This document shows, one piece after another, positions 7,479 to 11,524 of a stretch of DNA of 11,524 nucleotides. Location: positions 1 through 11,524 of the forward strand of contig JAKFCT010000093.1 in NCBI GenBank assembly GCA_036676495.1. Reading direction: 5' to 3'. Below the pieces are notes generated by a model that worked only from the letters and a program-made list of their open reading frames with translations, was not told the DNA's origin and did no database searches. How positions within the stretch are numbered: the first letter of the stretch is position 1; each line of letters opens with the position of its first letter. The translations under genes and the position numbers were made by a program. The stretch is from Candidatus Sericytochromatia bacterium. GTDB lineage: Bacteria > Cyanobacteriota > Sericytochromatia > S15B-MN24 > UBA4093.

Positions 7479-8548
7479 TGCCCGAGCCGATGGCTCCCGA
7501 TCCTGTGGATCTCCGGCCCCTGGCCCCCGGGCCCATGGCCCCCGCGCCGCTCGCCCACGTGCTGCGCTCCGGCGCGGTGGAGAGCATGCATGCCGGCTGG
7601 CTCGTGGTCGTGGACGCCGCTGGGCGCGTGATCGCGCAGGTCGGGGACGACGCGCCGATCTACACCCGTTCGAGCCTGAAGCCCCTCCAGGCCCTGCCGC
7701 TGATCGCGAGCGGAGGAGCGGATCGCTGGGGGCTCGGCATGGAGGAGCTCGCCGTGACGGCCGCCTCGCATGCGGGCTCGCGGATGCACCGCGAGACGGT
7801 GAGCAGCCTGCTCGCCAAGGCGGGGCTTGCGCCCTCGCAGCTCGAATGCGGGACGCACATGCCCTACGACGAGCAAGCCGCCCACGACCTGATCTGCAGC
7901 GGCGAGGCTCCGACCCTGCTCCACTGCAACTGCTCGGGAAAGCATGCGGGCATGCTGGCCCTGGCGCGGCACATGGGCTGGCCGACGAAGGGGTACCACC
8001 TCCTCGTGCATCCGGTGCAGCAAGCGGTGAGAGCGGCGGTCCTGGAGGTCACGGGGGTCGATTCCGAGGCCCTTTCCCATGGGATCGACGGCTGTGGGCT
8101 TCCCGTCTGGCGCATGCCCGTGAGTGCCCTGGCGCGGGGCTTCGCGCGCCTGGGGCGGCCGGAGACGCTGCCCAGCCGCTGGCGCGAGCCGGCGCGACGG
8201 ATCGTGGACGCGATGGCGCAGCATCCCGAGCGGGTCTCCGGGGCAGGGCGCTTCGACACGGAGCTGATGCGTCTCACGCAGGGCCGGTTGATCGGCAAGG
8301 GCGGGGGCGAGGCGGTGCATGCGGGGATCGTCCGGGAGCGAGGCTGGGGCTGGGCGCTCAAGGTGGCGGACGGAAACCGGCGGGTGACGCCTCCGGTGAT
8401 CTTGGCGGTACTCGAGGAGCTGGGGGCGCTCGGGGCGGAGGATCGCGAGGCGCTTGCCGGCTGGCGACGGCCCGAACTCAGGAACAACCGGCAAGAGACC
8501 GTCGGGACGATCGTCCCCGCGCTCGACTTTCAGCTTGTCCGCCGTTAA
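7478..8548 (+). CDS. L-asparaginase II (Rhizobium etli-type, class 3 asparaginase)
   Basis: RSSLKPLQA, ASHAG, HCNCSGKHAGML, IDGCG, GKGGGEA, KVADG. ATG 7478 overlaps the S8 stop (TGATG); alternative ATGs at 7490 and 7535. No signal peptide. Confidence 0.92.
   Translation: MPEPMAPDPVDLRPLAPGPMAPAPLAHVLRSGAVESMHAGWLVVVDAAGRVIAQVGDDAPIYTRSSLKPLQALPLIASGGADRWGLGMEELAVTAASHAGSRMHRETVSSLLAKAGLAPSQLECGTHMPYDEQAAHDLICSGEAPTLLHCNCSGKHAGMLALARHMGWPTKGYHLLVHPVQQAVRAAVLEVTGVDSEALSHGIDGCGLPVWRMPVSALARGFARLGRPETLPSRWREPARRIVDAMAQHPERVSGAGRFDTELMRLTQGRLIGKGGGEAVHAGIVRERGWGWALKVADGNRRVTPPVILAVLEELGALGAEDREALAGWRRPELRNNRQETVGTIVPALDFQLVRR
7487..7561 (+). repeat. Degenerate 15-nt tandem repeat (5 units) at the asparaginase 5' end
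   Basis: CCGATGGCTCCCGAT / CCTGTGGATCTCCGG / CCCCTGGCCCCCGGG / CCCATGGCCCCCGCG / CCGCTCGCCCACGTG, encoding PMAPD-PVDLR-PLAPG-PMAPA-PLAHV. Confidence 0.55.
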
Positions 8549-8622
8549 ACAGGCCTGGTGATTTCGCCGTACCGGATCGGCCAGAACCCTCCTATGCTCC
8601 TCGATGGGGAAAGGAGGAGAGC

Positions 8623-9411
8623 ATGTACTCCTGGAAGCGAGTCTTCACCGCGTTCACGCTTCTTGCGGCGCTCGGAGCGGCCGCATGCCAGTCTCAGGCT
8701 CCCAACGGTCCCGGCGGGGGAGGAGGACCGAGCCCGGCTCCCACGGCCTCCCCGCGGGATTCGGGGACGCTGACCTTCGACGCGGGGCCGGCCCCCTTCG
8801 CCGATCCCACCACTCCCGAGGAGCGCGCCTCGACCCGCTATTCCAGCGGCAGCTGGATCGTGAGCGACGGCGCCTACGCCCAGACGCAGACGGCTCCCAG
8901 CCAGACCCTCATGATCCAGCGCTACACGGGCAACGCCCTGGGCAAGCCCAACGGCGACGCCCCGTCGCAGTACCGGGCGGAGGCCGTCGTGCAGGTCTAC
9001 GAGGCCACCACGACCGATCCCGCCGACATGGTCGGGGCGCCCAACGGCATCTGGGGCTTCATCCCGTACTACCTGGACGCGCAGCACTTCGTCCTGATGA
9101 TGGCGACGGGCCGGGAGGCCATGGTCTGGGTGGTGGACGGCCTGAGGCCGGGCGACACCTGGGAAGCGGCCACCTACCGCAAGTGGCATCTCTACCTGCC
9201 CCAGGAGCTCAAGGTCGGGGATACCGTCACCTGGGGAGCCACGGTCAACGCCGCGACGAGCGAAATCGAGATCAGCTTCAACGGAGAGCGGCGGACCACC
9301 CTCCGGCACCCGATGATCACCCATGCAGCCTCGCACTCGGTGGCGCTGGTCTCGAACGGCAACAAGGTCCGCTACGACACCGTCACCCTGGAACCCCTGA
9401 GCCAGGACTGA
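8623..9411 (+). CDS. Hypothetical lipoprotein; Gly/Pro linker then a beta-rich, possibly concanavalin A-like domain
   Basis: SD AAGGAGGAG (8611-8619); MYSWKR + hydrophobic stretch + AAAC lipobox; GPGGGGGPSPAP linker; WIVSDGAYAQ, IEISFNGE, VALVS..VRYDTV resemble ConA-like/DUF1080 sandwiches (fold is inference). Confidence 0.8.
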   Translation: MYSWKRVFTAFTLLAALGAAACQSQAPNGPGGGGGPSPAPTASPRDSGTLTFDAGPAPFADPTTPEERASTRYSSGSWIVSDGAYAQTQTAPSQTLMIQRYTGNALGKPNGDAPSQYRAEAVVQVYEATTTDPADMVGAPNGIWGFIPYYLDAQHFVLMMATGREAMVWVVDGLRPGDTWEAATYRKWHLYLPQELKVGDTVTWGATVNAATSEIEISFNGERRTTLRHPMITHAASHSVALVSNGNKVRYDTVTLEPLSQD

Positions 9412-9437
9412 CCATGTGAGTCAGTCCTGACCATGAA

Positions 9438-9473
9438 CGAGGGGGGCTGGGGCAAATGCCCCAGCCCCCCTCG
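9438..9473. terminator. Strong hairpin between convergent genes, probable bidirectional terminator
   Basis: CGAGGGGGGCTGGGGC-AAAT-GCCCCAGCCCCCCTCG, a 16-bp perfect stem, followed by ACGTTTCTT on the + strand. Confidence 0.8.
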
Positions 9474-9493
9474 ACGTTTCTTGGCCGCTCCGC

Positions 9494-9889
9494 TTACGGC
9501 TTGGCCGTTGCGAGCGCGAGCCGGCGGACCCCGGACTCCTTGAGCTGGTCGATCAAGGTCACGACCTTGGAATAGGGAAGGCTCTTGTCCGCCGCGACGA
9601 TCACCGCGGTCTCGGGCTTCTCCTGGACCAGGACCTTCAAGCGATCCTGCAGGACGGCCACCTCGATGGGCTGATCCTGGTAGTGGAGGCGCCCGTCCAG
9701 GGACATCTGGACGACCACCGAGGGCGGAGTCGCATCGGCGGTGGTGCTGCCGGGCAGCTCGGCCTTGAGGGAGTCGGTGATCTGCGGCAGGAAGGCCATC
9801 ACCGCCAGGAAGAGCGTGATGATCATGAAGACGTCGATCATGGGGATCAGCTCGAAGCGGATCCCCTCGCGACGCCGCCTATTGCGCAC
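9494..9889 (-). CDS. exbD: ExbD/TolR family biopolymer transport protein
   Basis: ELIPMIDVFMIITLF (essential TM Asp), AELP, VIVAADKSLPYSKVVTLIDQLKESGVRRLAL. GTG start at 9889 with GAGGAGG 9 nt upstream; overlaps the exbB end. Confidence 0.9.
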   Translation of the reverse strand: MRNRRRREGIRFELIPMIDVFMIITLFLAVMAFLPQITDSLKAELPGSTTADATPPSVVVQMSLDGRLHYQDQPIEVAVLQDRLKVLVQEKPETAVIVAADKSLPYSKVVTLIDQLKESGVRRLALATAKP

Positions 9890-10484
9890 CAAACTTGGCC
9901 TCCTCGATCGGACGCTTGGGGCGGGCCTGATCCCGGCGCTGCTCGCTGAGGTACCCCACGACGGTGGAGCTGAAGGCATCCAGCCGGTTGATCAGCGTGC
10001 TGTAGCCGAGGGCCGCCACGATGGCCACCAACAGGCCACCGCCGGTCGCGACCAGCGCCTCCGAGATGCCCCCGGCCAGCTGGGCCAGCGGGTTGGTGGG
10101 GCGCGAGGACGAGACGACCGAGAAGATGTGGATCATGCCGGAGACGGTCCCGAAGAGTCCCAGTAGGGGGGCGATCGCCGCCAGCGTCTGAAGCCAGCCA
10201 ATCTTGCGCTCCATGCTGCCGAACGCGATCTCCGCGAAGGTCCGGACCTCTTCCGAGGTGGCATAGGGATTCGCCTGACGGTAGGCCAGCACCGTGCTGA
10301 AGACGTCACGGCTGGAGGCGTCCGCCGGAGCCTTCGGGTTCAGCAGATGGTGCTCGTAACGCTTCCGCGCCCGGCCCAACGCCCAGGCGGCTTCGATGAT
10401 CAGCGCGACGGCGATCACGGAGGCGGCGAGAATGGGGATCATCGTGATGCCGCCGGCCTTGATCAGACTGAGTAACTGGTACAC
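9879..10484 (-). CDS. exbB: MotA/TolQ/ExbB proton channel family protein
   Basis: GGITMIPILAASVIA; LQTLAAIAPLLGLFGTVSGMI; LAGGISEALVATGGGLLVAI. GTG start at 10484 with AAAGGAG 5 nt upstream. Confidence 0.9.
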   Translation of the reverse strand: MYQLLSLIKAGGITMIPILAASVIAVALIIEAAWALGRARKRYEHHLLNPKAPADASSRDVFSTVLAYRQANPYATSEEVRTFAEIAFGSMERKIGWLQTLAAIAPLLGLFGTVSGMIHIFSVVSSSRPTNPLAQLAGGISEALVATGGGLLVAIVAALGYSTLINRLDAFSSTVVGYLSEQRRDQARPKRPIEEAKFGAQ

Positions 10485-10781
10485 GAAGACTCCTTTCGGA
10501 AGGCGACTCGAAGCGTCACGCGAGACGGGGGAGAACCTCCCCCAGGGGCCATCCCCCGACATGGACGAGGGAGGCGTCGTTTAGGTTCCATGGTTATCCC
10601 AGAAAGGGAGCCCACCGTCAAGGTGCTAAGGGGCACCGGGCCAGGATCACAGGAAGTTCGCCCGCCTCGATCGGCAACGCCGCCGCCATGGCAAGCACCT
10701 TCCCAAAACCGCCCGAGGACTTGTAAAAAACCCCCATGCCGGGAATACAAGGCTCGTCACGTTGGTATAGGAGTAGCATCC

Positions 10782-11147
10782 TTGGCTGAAAGTACCGAAC
10801 CCAAAACCCGTTTCGACATCGTCTCCAAGGGGGTCGGCCTCATTGCCGGCGGCCTGATGATGATCATCGTCGGCATCGTCGTCAGCCTCACCCTCCGCAA
10901 CGAGTTTGGCCTGAGCATGCTCCTGATGGGCGCCTGCTTCGGCGGCTACGGAGGCTTCCAGATCTACAAGGGCATGGAAGCTCGGACCAAGTCGATCACC
11001 TGCCCGCACTGCGGCGAGGTCAACCAGGTCCTCAGCGAGGTCAAGGCCTTCAGCTGCATCGAATGCGACAAGCCGCTCAAGCTGGTCGCGCAGCGGCCTC
11101 CCAGCAGCCCCGGCCCCCGTCGCCGCGGCACCAAGCGCCTCTCGTAG
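10782..11147 (+). CDS. Small membrane protein with two TM helices and a C-terminal CxxC-CxxC zinc ribbon
   Basis: TTG 10782 with AGGAG (10769-10773) 8 nt upstream; hydrophobic GVGLIAGGLMMIIVGIVVSL and FGLSMLLMGACFGGYGGF; CPHC...CIEC; basic tail; terminator right after. Confidence 0.8.
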   Translation: MAESTEPKTRFDIVSKGVGLIAGGLMMIIVGIVVSLTLRNEFGLSMLLMGACFGGYGGFQIYKGMEARTKSITCPHCGEVNQVLSEVKAFSCIECDKPLKLVAQRPPSSPGPRRRGTKRLS

Positions 11148-11157
11148 ATCCCCCTTC

Positions 11158-11198
11158 AAACGCAGGGCCGCCCGAGAGATTCGGGCGGCCCTGCGTTT
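11158..11198. terminator. Rho-independent terminator, probably bidirectional
   Basis: AAACGCAGGGCCGCCCGA-GAGAT-TCGGGCGGCCCTGCGTTT with A-run before and T-run after, between convergent genes. Confidence 0.88.
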
Positions 11199-11222
11199 TG
11201 ACCCTGACGGGACAAAGGTTGC

Positions 11223-11258
11223 TGGCGGCGGGAGTGGCGATCGCCACTCCTGCCGCCA
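11223..11258. repeat. 36-bp near-perfect palindrome
   Basis: TGGCGGC-G-GGAGTGGCGA|TCGCCACTCC-T-GCCGCCA, one G-T mismatch, 5 nt past the PP2C stop. Confidence 0.7.
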
Positions 11259-11263
11259 TGACC

Positions 11264-11524
11264 TCAGACTTCCAGTCGAGCCTCTGCTCCGGTGAGCTTC
11301 ACCGCGACCACGGTGACGTCGTCCTCGGTGGGCTGCACCTCGCCATCGAAGGCGAAACGCCGCCACTCCGCGAGCAGCTCGCTCACCACCCGATCCGCCG
11401 GCTGGGCGCCGAGGCTGCGGACGTAGCCTTCCATGCGGTCGAAGCCGAATTCCTCCCCTTCGGGGTTCTGCGCCTCGATGATCCCGTCCGAGTAGAAGAC
11501 CAGAAGATCGCCGGGGTAGAGCTG
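11264..11524 (-). CDS. PP2C/SpoIIE (RsbU-like) Ser/Thr phosphatase, C-terminal part (5' end outside the window)
   Basis: Not in the ORF track. Hand translation: QLYPGDLLVFYSDGIIEAQNPEGEEFGFDRM...PTEDDVTVVAVKL...LEV*; SDG and DDxT metal-binding motifs. Confidence 0.92.
   Translation of the reverse strand, partial: QLYPGDLLVFYSDGIIEAQNPEGEEFGFDRMEGYVRSLGAQPADRVVSELLAEWRRFAFDGEVQPTEDDVTVVAVKLTGAEARLEV

Noticed and set aside
6179-8548. 789-aa ORF suggesting a large asparaginase fusion
   Set aside because: The first ~430 aa are an off-frame read of the S8 gene; family similarity begins only after about 7478.
19-9336. Long antisense or off-frame ORFs (19..1014+, 1672..3204+, 3234..5066-, 3305..4843+, 4873..5913-, 6207..7325-, 7418..8494-, 8545..9336-)
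   Set aside because: They shadow motif-bearing genes, have Arg/Gly/Pro-skewed or mirror-codon composition and no motifs; expected in high-GC DNA.
10500-10740. Cobalamin riboswitch upstream of exbB (GGGAAGG and GGTGC fragments)
   Set aside because: Fragments are in the wrong order and no B12 box or GGGAA-CGGTG core is present.
1-11524. CRISPR array, tRNA/rRNA, transposase or integrase
   Set aside because: No regularly spaced 25-45 nt repeats, cloverleaf or recombinase motifs seen; intergenic gaps are short and otherwise explained.

Overview
GC-rich bacterial chromosomal window with no mobile element, CRISPR array or RNA gene that I can recognise. In order it holds: a PhnD-family phosphate/phosphite/phosphonate binding protein (-), a 120-aa lipoprotein made only of a subtilase-propeptide-like domain (-), and a clostripain (C11) lipoprotein (-). 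A divergent + strand run follows: EF-hand/phospholipase D lipoprotein, carboxypeptidase-regulatory-like/FN3 lipoprotein, S8 subtilase lipoprotein, L-asparaginase II and a beta-rich lipoprotein. Then come a convergent exbB-exbD-like pair with no adjacent tonB (-), a small 2-TM zinc-ribbon protein (+) and the 3' end of a PP2C/SpoIIE phosphatase (-). The most notable signals are six lipobox proteins forming a surface hydrolase cluster, the free-standing propeptide (candidate trans inhibitor/chaperone), a C11 protease lacking the usual S1 Asp, two 11-bp-phased TAA arrays resembling cyanobacterial Pho boxes, and a 5-codon uORF with a perfect Shine-Dalgarno. All family calls come from motif recognition by eye; no searches were run.
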